Part shown: piece after piece, positions 49,850 to 62,760 of the stretch
Layout of the letters: each line of letters starts with the position of its first letter
How positions within the stretch are numbered: position 1 is the first letter of the stretch
Origin: Macrostomum lignano
Taxonomy: Eukaryota
Length of the DNA stretch: 64,000 nt
Assembly: GCA_002269645.1 (NCBI GenBank)
Contig: NIVC01003124.1
Coordinates: 1-64,000 of the forward strand
Direction of reading: 5' to 3'
Translations under genes and position numbers: made by a program
The notes under the pieces: model-generated
Told to the model about the DNA's origin: nothing
Database searches by the model: none
What the model saw: the letters and a program-made list of their open reading frames with translations, nothing else

Positions 49850-50635
49850 GCATGAAATCAATTAGTAGCTGAAATACCCCGTTGCATGAAATTAATAGTA
49901 GCTGAAATACCCCGTTGCATGAAATCAATAGTTAGCGTAAATACCCCGTTGCATGAAATCAATATCTAGCTGAAATACCCCGTTGCATGAAATCAATATC
50001 TAGCGTAAATACCCCGTTGCATGAAATCAATATCTAGCTGAAATACCCCGTTGCATGAAATCAATATCTAGCGTAAATACCTCGTTGCATGAAATCAATT
50101 TCTAGCGTAAATACCCGTTGCATGAAATCAATATCTAGCGTAAATACCCCGTTGCATGAAATCAATATCTAGCTGAAATACCCCGTTGCATGAAATCAAT
50201 ATCTAGCTGAAATACCCCGTTGCATGAAATCAATATCTAGCGTAAATACCCCGTTGCATGAAATCAATATCTAGCTGAAATACCCCGTTGCATGAAATCA
50301 ATATCTAGCTGAAATACCCCGTTGCATGAAATCAATATCTAGCGTAAATACCCCGTTGCATGAAATCAATATCTAGCTGAAATACCCTGTTGCATGAAAT
50401 CAATATCTAGCGTAAATACCCCGTTGCATGAAATCAATATCTAGCGTAAATACCCCGTTGCATGAAATCAATATCTAGCTGAAATACCCCGTTGCAAGAA
50501 ATCAACATCTAGCGTAAATACCCCGTTACATGAAATCAATATCTAGCGTATATTCCCCGTTGCATGAAATCAATACCTAGCGTAAATACCCCGTTGCATG
50601 AAATCAATACCTAGCTTAAATACCCGTTGCATGAA
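49850..50635. repeat. 34-bp tandem array between the Oaz promoter and the POLR3B 3' end
   Basis: Unit GTTGCATGAAATCAATATCTAGCKKAAATACCCC, ~23 copies. Confidence 0.97.
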
Positions 50636-50980
50636 TTTTTTCCAACTGTCAAAAGTAAACAAATCATAACAACAAAATAACTCTTTATTAAAGTGCATAA
50701 CATCAGGCAAAAGTTCACACCAAATAGAATGAAACAAAATAACATACACCGGTGAATTTCTACCGTTGGCCTTTATTCACTGAAAAGGGTATTATAAATC
50801 CCCCCAGTCTTGACAAGTCATGCACTAATTCAAACTTTAAAACAAGCTGATTTTACAATTACAAAAAACAACCAGCATAACAACAAAGGAGAGTCATATG
50901 ATGAACACGTATTCATTCTAGTTAATTTGAAACCATGATCCATGATAAATAAAATGCAACTCAAAACGTCAAGAAGCTTA

Positions 50981-53900
50981 TTAAATCTTGTTGCAGTCCT
51001 GCAGAGTCAGCCGGGGCGCAATATTCATGCTCTGCAACTCCTGGAACAGCAGTTTGCAGGCGTATGGCATGCGAACGGAGCACACGGCGGTGCTGCTGCG
51101 GCAGTACTGGCACCAGGCCCGGCCGCAGAGCAGGCCGCAGGCTGAGCACACCTTAGTATCGAAGGCATCAGACGAGAGCATCAAACGTTCAACCAGCAGC
51201 ATGGAGGCTCCATAGCCGATCAGACAGTCGCGCTCCATCTCGCCTAGGCGTAGCCCGCCGTCCCGAGCTCGACCCTCAGTCGGCTGTCTGGTGATAAGAG
51301 TACAGGGACCCCTAGCCCTGGCGTGAATCTTATCCAGCACCATGTGCTTCAGCTTCTGATAGTAGATCGGTCCGGAGTACACGTAGGCTTCCATGGTCTC
51401 GCCAGTCACGCCGGAGGTCAGCACGTCCTTGCCGAGACTGTTGAATCCGTGCTCGCGCAGAATGGCTCCAAGCGTCTTTGAACGCGCCGTCCAGTACAGC
51501 CGCTTTGCTGCCCAACAGTTCAAGCAGTTTGCCGACTGTCATCCGACTCGGGTAGCCGTGCGGATTCATTATGATATCCGGGACGACTCCGTCACGAGAG
51601 AACGGCATGTCAGCCTGATCGACAATCAATCCGCAGACGCCTTTCTGACCGTGTCGGGAGCTGAACTTGTCGCCAATTTCTGGTCTGCGAGTTTGACGCA
51701 GCTGCAGTTTCACCAGGCCGTGATTGTCCTCGGTGTTGGCCACTATCACTTTCTCTACGTAGGCCGGCTCCATGCCCTGGATTGGGGTGTAGGTTGAGCC
51801 ATTTCCTATTTAGCTGGCCACACGAATTCAGATTCCAACTGCGACATGCTAATCCCCAACTCCCGACATTCTAATCCAAACTCCGACATTCTAATCCCAA
51901 CTTCGACACCATAATTCCTAACTCCCGACATGCTAATCCCAACTCTCGACATTCTAATCCCAACTCCCGACATTCTAATCCCAACTCCCGACATTCTAAT
52001 CCAAACTCCGACATTCTAATCCCAACTCTGAAATTCTAATTCCAACTCCCGACATTCTAATCATAACTCCCGACATTCTAATCCCAACTTCGACACCATA
52101 ATTCCTAACTCCCGACATGCTAATCCCCAACTCTCGACATTCTAATCCCAACTCCCGACATTTTAATCCCAACTCCCGACATTCTAATTCAAACTCCGAC
52201 ATTCTAATCCCAACTCTGAAATTCTAATCCCAACTCCGACATTCTAATCTCTAACTCCGACATTCTAATCCCCAACTCCGACATTCTAATTCCAACTCCC
52301 GACATTCTAATCATAACTCCCGACATTCTAATCCCAACTTCGACACCATAATCCCATCTCCGACATTCTAATCCCCAACTCCCGACATTCTAATCCCAAC
52401 TCCCGACATTCTAATCATAACTCCCGACATTCTAATCCCAACTTCGACACCATAATCCCATCTCCGACATTCTAATCCCCAACTCCCGACATTCTAATCC
52501 CAACTCCCGACATTCTAATCCCAACTCCCGACATTCTAATCCGAACTCCTGAATCATAATTTCAACTCTGACGTCAAAACCTAAACTTCCAACATTCTAA
52601 TTCCAACTCATCAGAATTTTGAGCCTAAATTTTAATCCCGACAATGAGAGTTCAATCCCGACTACGACATGATCTAATCTGACCAATGAGAGTTCGACCA
52701 ATCCGACATAACTATGCTAGATTACCTTGTAGTCCTGCGGCACACTCTTGTACTCAACATTACTATTCACGGCTGCCGACATTGTAGCGGACACAATCGG
52801 CATCTCTTTATTAACCAGAACCTGTCGATCCGAGACCCTAGCTCCAACGTAGGCTACACCGTCCGCTTCAAGGACTTCGTGGCCACGTCTGGGCAGTCCG
52901 GTGTTGATGTCCACCATGGGCCCCATCAGCCTGTCTGTGGACTGGTTGGCGTCGGCGTAGCGCTTCATCTGGACTGACTGCCGCCTGTTTGAGTTCGGGA
53001 AAATTTTTTTGGACTAAGAATTAAAAAAGAGTAAAAATCCACTAAGAATTTTTACAGCGTATAAAATACCCTACTGTTGAAACAATGCTGAAATCCCGCA
53101 TTAAGATCTCAACACTTAAAATCCTACAGTCAGAACCCCATCCCTAAAATCCCACAGTCAGAACCCCATCCCTAAAATCCCACAGTCAGAACCCCATCCC
53201 TAAAATACCACAGTCAGAACCCCATCCCTAAAATCCCACAGTCAGATCCCCATCCCTAAAATACCACAGTCAGAACCCCATCCCTAAAATACCACAGACA
53301 GAACCCCATCCCTAAAATCCCAAATTCAGATCCCAATCCCTAAAATACCAAATTCAGATCGTCTTTCCTAAAATCCAAAATTCAGATCTCATCCCTAAAA
53401 TCCCAAATCCAGATCCCAAATTCAGATCGTCTTTCCTAAAATCCAAAATTCAGATCTCATCCCTAAAATCCCAAATCCAGATCCCAAATTCAGATCGTCT
53501 TTCCTAAAATCCAAAATTCAGATCCTCATCCCTAAAATCCCAAATTCAGATCCCAATCCCTAAAATACCAAATTCAGATCGTCTTTCCTAAAATCCAAAA
53601 TTCAGATCTCATCCCTAAAATCCAAAATTCAGATCCTCATCCCTAAAATCCCAAATTCAGATCCTCATCCCTAAAATCCCAAATTCAGATCCTCATCCCA
53701 AAAATCCCAAATTCAGATCCTCATCCCTAAAATCCCAAATTCAGATCCTCATCCCTAAAATCCCAAATTCAGATCCTCATCCCAAAAATCCCAAATTCAG
53801 ATCCTCATCCCAAAAATCCCAAATTCAGATCCTCATCCCAAAAATCCCAAATTCAGATCCTCATCCCAAAAATCCCAAATTCAGATCCTCATCCCTAAAA

Positions 53901-56900
53901 TCCCAAATTCAGATCCTCATCCCTAAAATCCCAAATTCAGATCCTCATCCCTAAAATCAAAAATTCAGATCCTCATCTCTAAAATCCCAAATTCAGATCC
54001 TCATCCCTAAAATCCCAAATTCAGATCCTCATCCCTAAAATCCCAAATTCAGATCCTCATCCCTAAAATCCCAAATTCAGATCCTCATCCCTAAAATCAA
54101 AAATTCAGATCCTCATCCCAAAAATCTAGTCAGATCCCCATTCCAAAAATCCCATTCAGATCCCCATCTTTAAAATCCCAGTCAGACCCCCATCTCTGAA
54201 ATCCCAAATTCAGATCTCAATCCCTAAAATCCCAAACTCAGATCCTCATCCCTAAAGTTCCACAGTCAAATCCCAATCCTTAAAATCCCCACACAGCCAT
54301 ATCCTCTCCACCTATAGTAGAAGCAGCGACCAAAGCCGCGGTCAAGCGACGCCTTATTGACAACCAGAGCGTCCTCGATGTCGTAGCCCGAATAGGACAT
54401 GACAGCAACGCATGCATTTTGACCAGCCGGCAGCTCGTGATAGCCGATCAGTTCCAGCGGCTTAGTCTGCACCAGCGGCCTCTGCGGATACACGAGCAAG
54501 TACTGCACAGTGTCGAATCGTTCGTTCTGATTATAGGCCAGAGTGCCCATGGCCTGCTTGCCCATGGCGCACTGGTAGGTGTTGCGCGGGCTCTGGTTGT
54601 GATGCGGGTAGGGAATTATACCAGCGCACACGCCTGAGGACGGACAGGTTTTTTGAAGGGGCGATTCTTTAGAAATGTATAAACCAAAAACCGCAATTTC
54701 ATAAATCATAATTCATAAGCTAAAAACCCGAAAAACCCGAAAACATAAAACCCGGAAATTCATAAATCAAAACCCAGGAATTTACCAACTAAAAAGCCAA
54801 TCATTCATACAAAAAGCTGAAAATTAGTAAACAATCAACCCAAAACTTATAAACCGAAAAACTTGGAAATTTATAAACAATAAACCCGGAACTTTTTATA
54901 AGCGAAAACCCAGAAATTCATAAACAATAAACCCGGAAGTTCGTAAACAATAAACCCGGAACTTTTTATAAGCGAAAAAGTTGGAAGTTCATAAACAACA
55001 AACCCGGAACGTTTTGTAAGCGAAAAACCCGGAAATTCATAAACAATAAACCCGGAAGTTCGTAAACAATAAACTCGGAAAATCGTAAACAATAAACCCG
55101 TAAATTTATAAGCTAAAAAACCGGATACTCTAAAACCCTGGAACTTCATAAATAAAAACCCGGGAATTTACCAACTTAAAAGCCGAAAATTTATAAGCCA
55201 AAAAGCCAGTAATTCATAGAACATAAAACTTCATAGGCTTGTGAAAATGGGTTGAAAACTTTGTCACGCAGTTTTTATAATAAACAAAACTAACCCAGCA
55301 AAGTGAACGGCTCAATCTCCAAGTGAGTAGTATCATCGGTGATGTCCTTTACGTACACGGCAATCCTACAATCGTTCTCCTCGTTAACGTCCAAATACTC
55401 GATCAGCCCTTCGTGTAGGAAATCTTCCCAATCGCGCAGGCCGCTAGCCAGTTCGTCCAGATGGCGCCGAGCTACCAGAGGTCGCCCAGCCTCTACGATG
55501 ATGTACGGCCGACAGAGTCTGCCCCCATCCGAGGCGACGTGAACCGCTTTATGAGCGGCGTGACTGTGCACCGAGACGAACTGGTGAAGGCGACCGGCAC
55601 GGCGGAGTCGGCGAAGATGCCGGACTAGCCGGGGCCACTGCCGACAAGAGCCGACTAGCAGGCCTGGTTGGGGCAGAGAGATTGGGATATTGCCTGTTTA
55701 AAAAATCGCCCTAAACTCAGACACCCGATTCGCTCACCGGAGTGCTAGATTCTTGATACAGGAGAATCCCAGATCCCTAACACAGGGAAATCCCAGATCC
55801 CTAACACAGGGAAATCCAAGATCCCCAACACAGGAGAATCCCTGATCCCTAACACAGGGGAATCCCAGATCCCTAACACAGGGAAATCCCAGATCCCTAA
55901 CACAGGAGAATCCCTGATCCCTAACACAGGGGAATCCCAGATCCCTAACACAGGGAAATCCCAGATCCCTGACACAGGAGAATCCCAGATCCCAAACACA
56001 GGGAAATCCCAGATCCCTAACACAGAGAAATCCCAGATCCCTAACACAGGGGGATCTCAGATCCCTAAAAAAGGAGGATCCCTAACAAGGAGAATCCTTG
56101 ATCCCTAACACAGAGAAATCCCAGATCCCTAACACAGGGAAATCCCAGATCCCTAAAAAAGGAGGATCCCTTACAAGGAGAATCCCTGATCCCTAACACA
56201 GGGGAATCTCAGATCCCTAACACAGGGGAATCTCAGATCCCTAACAAAGGGGAATCAAAGTCCCTAACACAGGGGAATCCCAGATCCCCAACATGCGGGA
56301 ATCTCAGATCCCCAACAAAGGGGAATCCCAGATCCCTAACACAGGGGAATCTCAGATCCCACAACACAGGGGAATCCCAAATCCCTAGTATCGGGGAATC
56401 CAAGATCCCTAACCAAAGGTAAATCCCAGATCAATAACAAAGGTAAATCCCAGATCAATAACAAAGGTAAATCCCAGATCAATAACAAAGGTAAATCCCA
56501 GATCAATAACAAAGGTAAATCCCAGATCAATAACAAAGGTAAATCCCAGATCAATAACAAAGGTAAATCCCAGATCAATAACAAAGGTAAATCCCAAATC
56601 AATAACAAAGGTAAATCCCAGATCAATAACAAAGGTAAATCCCAGATCAATAACAAAGGTAAATTCCATATCAATAACAAAGGTAAATCCCACATCAATA
56701 ACAAAGGGGAATCCCAGATCAACAACAAAGGGGAATCCCAGGTCCTTAATCCAGCCATATCTAAAAAACAATCACCGTTAAGAAAGACTAAAAAGCTGTG
56801 CTCAGCGTGCAGCTGCTGACCCCGCAGACTGTCCACGGGTTCAACGCCCAGATCGAGTATGAGGCGAAGCAGCGGCGCGTCGTCAACGTCCATAGTCACG

Positions 56901-59900
56901 TGACTCATCAGAGCGAGGTTCTTGACTAATCCGCAGCTCTCGCCCTCGGGCGTGTCGCTAGGACAGAGCATGCCCCATTGGCTGGGCTGCAGCGACCGGG
57001 GACCGCTGACTTTGCGGGTCTTCTCGAACTGAGAATTGATGCGAGTCATGTGACCCAGGGCCGAGATGTAGGACAGACGGGTTAGCACCTGAAATTGATG
57101 AGCGATAGCTTACTTTAAGTAGGCAAGTTAATATTGCAATTAACTTTTTTCGGTGCTAGAAATGCTGGATATATTTTTAATCCATTTCTAATCCAATCAC
57201 AAAAAAATCTGACATCACGATGACCAATCGGACACGTCATTAATTTAAAAAATCGACTTTTTCTAAATCAATCGGAAAAATCTATGAACGAATAGACAAA
57301 CTAATGACCAAACCAGAGACCTAATGACCAAACTAACTAGAGATCTAATGGCCGAATCAGAGACCTAATTATTGAATTAGAGACCTAATTATTGAATTAG
57401 AGACCTAATTATTGAATTAGAGACCTAATTACCGAACTAGAGACCCAAAGACCAAACCAGAGACTTAATGACCGAATATAAAGAAACTAATGACCGAGTT
57501 TACAAATTAATTACCGAACTAGAGACCTAATGGCCGAATTCGAGACCTAATGACCAAACTAGAGACCTAATGGCCGAATTAGAGACCCAATGAGCGAACT
57601 AGTAATGGCCGAACTAGAGACCTAATGACCGAACTAGAGAGCTAATGACCGATCTGAAAAGTTAATGACCGAACTAGAGACCTAATGCCTGACCAAATGA
57701 CCAGAATTGAAAAATTGATGACCAAATAGATAAACTTATGACCGTTTCTACATGACCAAATTGCATAAACTTAAAATGAACCTACCCTACAAAATAAAAC
57801 ACAAACCTGAGTGACTCCCTGACGTTCCATTCGGAATCGTTTGATATTCCAATTGCCAGACGAGATGGCGGCAACCAAGCCGTTAGTGATCAGATCCTGC
57901 CGGATGTGCTTGTGAATGTCAAAGGCGGTCGCTTGATTTTTAGGCAGCATCTCGTTGGCAACGAAACGCAAATTATCGTTAAACTTTTTGAAATGATCTT
58001 CGAACAGCAGAGCTAACAGAGAGCCCGCCAATTCAAGCCTTTTATTGCCGTAGTAGTCGCGATCGTCTGGAGGGATCAGGCCGGCTTGGGCCAGGATCAG
58101 CTTGCGCAACATCAGGCACAGGTAGACGCACTTCTGATGGAAATTCCAATGTTCGACTGGCACGTGGGCTAGGACTATGTCCTGAGGGATTCGAATGGTA
58201 GCGTAGATAGGAGGGGGAACGATTTAAAAGTGCAAATATATTTCATAAGTACAAAAAGAAAGGCGCTACTAAAAGTACATATAAGGGCAATTCTAAAAGT
58301 TCAAAGTCTATTCGAAAAGTACAAAGACAATTCGAAAAGTGCAAAGAAGGGCCATTCCAAAAGTTCGAGGGAGGGCGACTCTAAAATTGCAAGGAAGGGT
58401 GATTCTAAAAGTGCAGTCTATTCTGAAAGTACATAGACAGTTTTAAAAGTGCAAATTTCGAGGAAGGGCGAATCTAAAAGTACAAAGTCGATTCTAAAAG
58501 TGCAAAGGGCTAATAAAAAATGCAAAGGAGGGCGATTCTAAAAATTCAAAGGACTATTCCAAAATTGCAAGGAAGGGAGATTCTAAAAGTGCAAAGAAGG
58601 GCTATTACAAAAGTGCAAGAAAGGGCGATTATAAAAGCGCAAAGATGGGGATATAGTAGATAGGAAGTAGATAGGGGATATTAAGGAAAGCTAAAAGGAT
58701 ATTATCATCTGTAAGAACAATTCTTTAAAAACTTTCACATCATCTTCGCTGTGCCAATACAAACCTTCAAAGTCTGCCTACAATCGTCAATACGACCTTC
58801 GGCGTCTTTGCGTTCTCGACTGGCTTTCCAAGCCGGGCCGTAGGTCTTCGCAACTCGGATCTTGTTAGATAGCCAGGCTAGGGCCTGATTCTGAGTGAAC
58901 AGCTTCAGCTTGTGACACTGCTCTAGACAGGGCAATAGCGCTGATAGAACCTCATCCTCTGTACCAATAGTCTGTACAATCTCTTGATCGCAAATCATGC
59001 CCATAGCTTTTAGTACAACAACAGCTGGCACTAGTTCGCCAAACGAATTGTGCTCGACGTGGAAAATGCCTTTCTTGGCTACTAGGCCGGTTTTAGATTT
59101 GCGCTGATGTGTACTGGATGTGACGCTGCACATTATGTGGCCTGTGGGAGATGGGGGAATAATTGGAAATATTATCCCCCATAACGATTTTGCGGACAAA
59201 AGTGACGATGTGGGAGTGTGACAAGAGTGACGATGTGGGAGAGTGACAAGAGTGACGATGTAAGTGTGACAAGAGTGACGATGTGGGAGAGTGACAAGAG
59301 TGATAAAAAGAAATGTGCCTACAAGAAGAATGCCGATTTTTATTTGAGAGTGACGAGAGAGCGACGATGCTGAGAGGCTGACAAGACTGGAGTGAGGAAG
59401 TTAGACAGAATCACAAGAGAAAAATGACACAAATGACAAGAGATCCTTCGAGAGTCTAGAACCAAACGTACAAACCTTTATTATCATCCTCAACAATAAT
59501 CCGATTCTTAGACAGCTGTTCCTGCAGTAGAATGACCTTCTCTGTGCCGCGAATAATAAAATAGCCGCCAGGATCAAGGGGACACTCGCGTAATCTAGTC
59601 AATTCGTTAGGCGTCTTGCCAGTTAACAGACAGTTGGAACTTCGCAGCATGATAGGTATGGATCCAATTGGCACACGGTCCATGTTGACTCTCTGATCGC
59701 CTCGTATATAAGCGATATCCACTAGTAAGGGAGCAGCGTAGGTCAAATCCCTAAGACGGCACTCGTGCGGGCTAATCTCTTTAACAATGGGCCCCTCTTC
59801 AACGGATGGCCTGCCAACGTAAATATTTTTATATTCCAAATACCAGCGCTGGTCTGCGTCGCACACGACTCTCTGATTGGCTAGCATGATAGCTCGAACT

Positions 59901-60031
59901 TCGGTGTTAACAAAATGATTAAACGATTCGATGTGCTGTTTAACTAGGCCGCGAACTTTTAAAAAAGCCGGCACTAATTTCCATTTGTCTTCGAGGCTTT
60001 TTATCGATTTGTTTAAATTATCGACGTCCAT
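50981..60031 (-). CDS. POLR3B: RNA polymerase III second-largest subunit (RPC2), 8 exons; last exon frameshifted at 51479
   Basis: Exons 60031-59476, 59141-58765, 58181-57807, 57088-56776, 55663-55295, 54633-54312, 52984-52726, 51776-50981. Motifs [81 protein letters not shown]. Total 3367 nt, not a multiple of 3. Confidence 0.93.
51830..52610. repeat. 21-bp minisatellite, POLR3B intron 7
   Basis: Unit AATCCCAACTCCCGACATTCT. Confidence 0.95.
53120..54290. repeat. 28-bp minisatellite, POLR3B intron 6
   Basis: Unit CAGATCCTCATCCCTAAAATCCCAAATT. Confidence 0.95.
54680..55250. repeat. Degenerate repeat, POLR3B intron 5
   Basis: Recurrent AAACCCGGAAATTCATAAACAAT. Confidence 0.85.
55760..56750. 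repeat. Two related 24-bp minisatellites, POLR3B intron 4
   Basis: ATCCCAGATCCCTAACACAGGGAA followed by AATCCCAGATCAATAACAAAGGTA. Confidence 0.95.
57290..57760. repeat. ~20-bp degenerate repeat, POLR3B intron 3
   Basis: GAACTAGAGACCTAATGACC. Confidence 0.85.
58200..58630. repeat. Degenerate repeat, POLR3B intron 2
   Basis: GCGATTCTAAAAGTGCAAAGAAGG. Confidence 0.8.
59190..59450. repeat. Degenerate repeat, POLR3B intron 1
   Basis: GACAAGAGTGACGATGTGGGAG. Confidence 0.8.
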
Positions 60032-60169
60032 TGTTTTAGGGAATGCGCATTGACGGCCAACTGAAGTAAAGTTTTATGAATTCATTTTCAACGTCTTTAT
60101 CTGTACGAGATGTATCGCGAATTTTTTTCTACTAGATGCTATTAGTAGGGTGCTAAGTGAAAGCTTAGT

Positions 60170-61190
60170 GGTATTGTGTGTTGATTTGTTCCTTCCTTCC
60201 TTTACAAGCCGTCAAAACATCCAGCTTATCCCACCTCTAAAACCAGGCAATCTGAGTTTCTATTTGCTCTCAAAGATCCATAAGGATCTCAAATTGTGGC
60301 TGATTCCCACAGTCCCACCCGAGCAGCCGACAGTCTCTGACTGCAGCGCCAAATTTATCAAACCTCTTTCTACAACCAATTCCTAAAGAACAAGACTCAT
60401 TCATCTACGACACTGATTGCTTTCAAGCTGTCATTGATGGTCTGAACTTTGCTAAGGAGGAAAGTGCTCTCTTGGTTACAATGGACATATGGGCCATATG
60501 CAGAAAGCTCTGTCTAGGGTACTCCAGTCTTGAAAAGCTAGTCTAGACTTGGATTTGGTATGCAGAAACACAAAGTTAGACCAGTTTACTATAGCAGAAC
60601 TAGGCTAGCTAGACCATAGACTATAGACTGAACTACCCAAGTCCAGACTAGCTAGTCTGGACTAGGCTTTCTGCATATGGCCCTTTGAGTCCATTTACAT
60701 AAACATTCCAATAGACAAAGGTCTGGGTGTAGTAAGGCATGCCTTTGAAAGTCCCAAGAGTCGGTAAGGCCAGACTAACACATACTTGACTGCTTAGATA
60801 TTAACCTTAACCAGAATGACTTTATCTTCAGCAACAAGGGGTATTTGCAGATATAAGGCACTGGCATGGGGAAAGCCTTTGTGCATTCTTATGCCAACAT
60901 CTTTATGTTAGACTGGGAGCCTAGGGCCCTAGAAACCACATCTTTTGCTCCCTAACTGTATTTAAATGCTATATTTATGTCATCTTCATGGTCAGCTCAC
61001 ATTGATTTTCACAGTAATATTCAGCTCACATTGAACAATAGCCAGATTACTGCTCAAATTTTTATAGCTATGTCTAGCTATGACTTGCTCAATCTACTCT
61101 GACCCAGACTTTTCATTTTGCCAAGTACTGGATCAAACTTTCTTCATCCTAAACACACCTTCAAAGGGATCATGAAATCCTTTGAATAAA
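60170..61190 (+). mobile_element. Penelope-like element reverse-transcriptase relic
   Basis: Decayed motifs FYLLSKIHKD..W..PTVPPEQPTVSDC; LVTMDI/ESIYINIP; INLNQNDFIFSNKGYLQI*GTGMGKAFVHSYANIFM; SFHPKHTFKGIMKS; stops and frameshifts. Confidence 0.8.
60491..60683. mobile_element. 193-bp Harbinger-like MITE inserted in the Penelope RT
   Basis: Perfect 18-bp TIR GGGCCATATGCAGAAAGC / GCTTTCTGCATATGGCCC; flanks TAT/TTT; splits the MDI/ESIY RT motif. Confidence 0.85.
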
Positions 61191-62760
61191 TTATTCTATA
61201 TACTAAAATTGGATCTAAAACTATATATTATATATAAATTGATAACAAGAAAAGATAGAGCTAGGTTCATAAACTGTTATCAAGCTTTAAAAAGGCTCAT
61301 CTTATGACATATTTGCATATGCATCTTGTGTACAATAAAAAATCTAGCACTACCATTGCCTGTTTGCCATCCCTATGATTTGGCCATTGGCATTTGCTAT
61401 TTTTTTGCCAAAATAATAGCTTATATCATACATGATATACCATTGCCATTGCAATGTGTTTAATAAATAACTTTTAATGTAACATAAGTCTTAAAGCTCT
61501 AAATTTAATGTTACATTGGTGACTTGGTCAATTGGATAGAATAGAAGCTCTTCTATATCTTAGAAAGCTATTTATCAATATTTGCCTATTTGCTCTAGGC
61601 CTAATGTGGTAATGGTATGAATTTCTATAATACAAATTGCATATGTGATATATGACTGCAGTGTCAGACTTAGAGTTAGACTAAGAGAGACTTATCTTTT
61701 TTGCATAATTTATTTTCTATTCTGCTAATTTTGGCAACTTCTTTTTGGTCATATAATTGGTTAAAAATAATTGCTTCAATTTTTTAAAAATATCAAGTTC
61801 AATTACTTTAGGCCTACTGGCTATGAAAATAATGTCTCTTGGTATGATACAATGATAGTCTTATAATTGGTGTTAACATTATAAAGTACTTTTTTTATCT
61901 AGAATTTAATCATTTTGCTTAGTCTATATACTAAAAATCTTAACCTAACAGTGCTAATAGTAATGACTTTGGATTCATGCAATTGCAAATTAATATAGAA
62001 CTAAAGTATTAAATATGATATAACAATGTAAGAAAATTTATGTAATCTCATAATTTTGCTTTTAGCATCTAGCATTCTAATTAATGTATGCCAATCTGAA
62101 AGACAAATATTTCATTCAATTTTCATATAAATACACTATACTCTATGATATATTATATTTTACATGTCCTAACATTGTATACATTACTGGTTATTAGCTA
62201 GTGAGCAAATATAACTAAACAATCACATTTTCTTCAACAACAGGTTCTTCTGGACCACTTGGATGCAATGTGGCTAGATGCATAGGCCAATATCATAGCA
62301 CAAATGGCAACAAAGTGACCTGCTACTAGCAAGCCTATTGGGCACCCTCCTACCTAGTTTTTTAAGCCATCAGTGCCCCTTGCTAGCCAAAGCAGGGTGA
62401 CAATACTAGACTATCACTTTTGCCTTGGTTGCCAAAAAGTAGCTTAGATCCTAAAAAGTGCAAAATCATTCAAAATGATACCATCTCATGTAATAAGCCA
62501 CTTCCAAGTAAGGATAACTGAACTCAATAGTGCTTATAAATTAAAAATCTGGCATATTTAGGTAGTGGCACAAGCAGAAATTTGAGGTAGATAGATTTTA
62601 GGTAAAATTTTGGAAAAAAGAAAGCTGTTCCGGTTGGATTTTCTGGAATTTTTCACCTGGAACACTACTGAATTCTGGGTGTAGACCTGAATTCCAGTCC
62701 CCTACATTTCCAAGCTTACTGCTATTTACAGAAGTCGAATATCACACCCCTTTCGGCACA

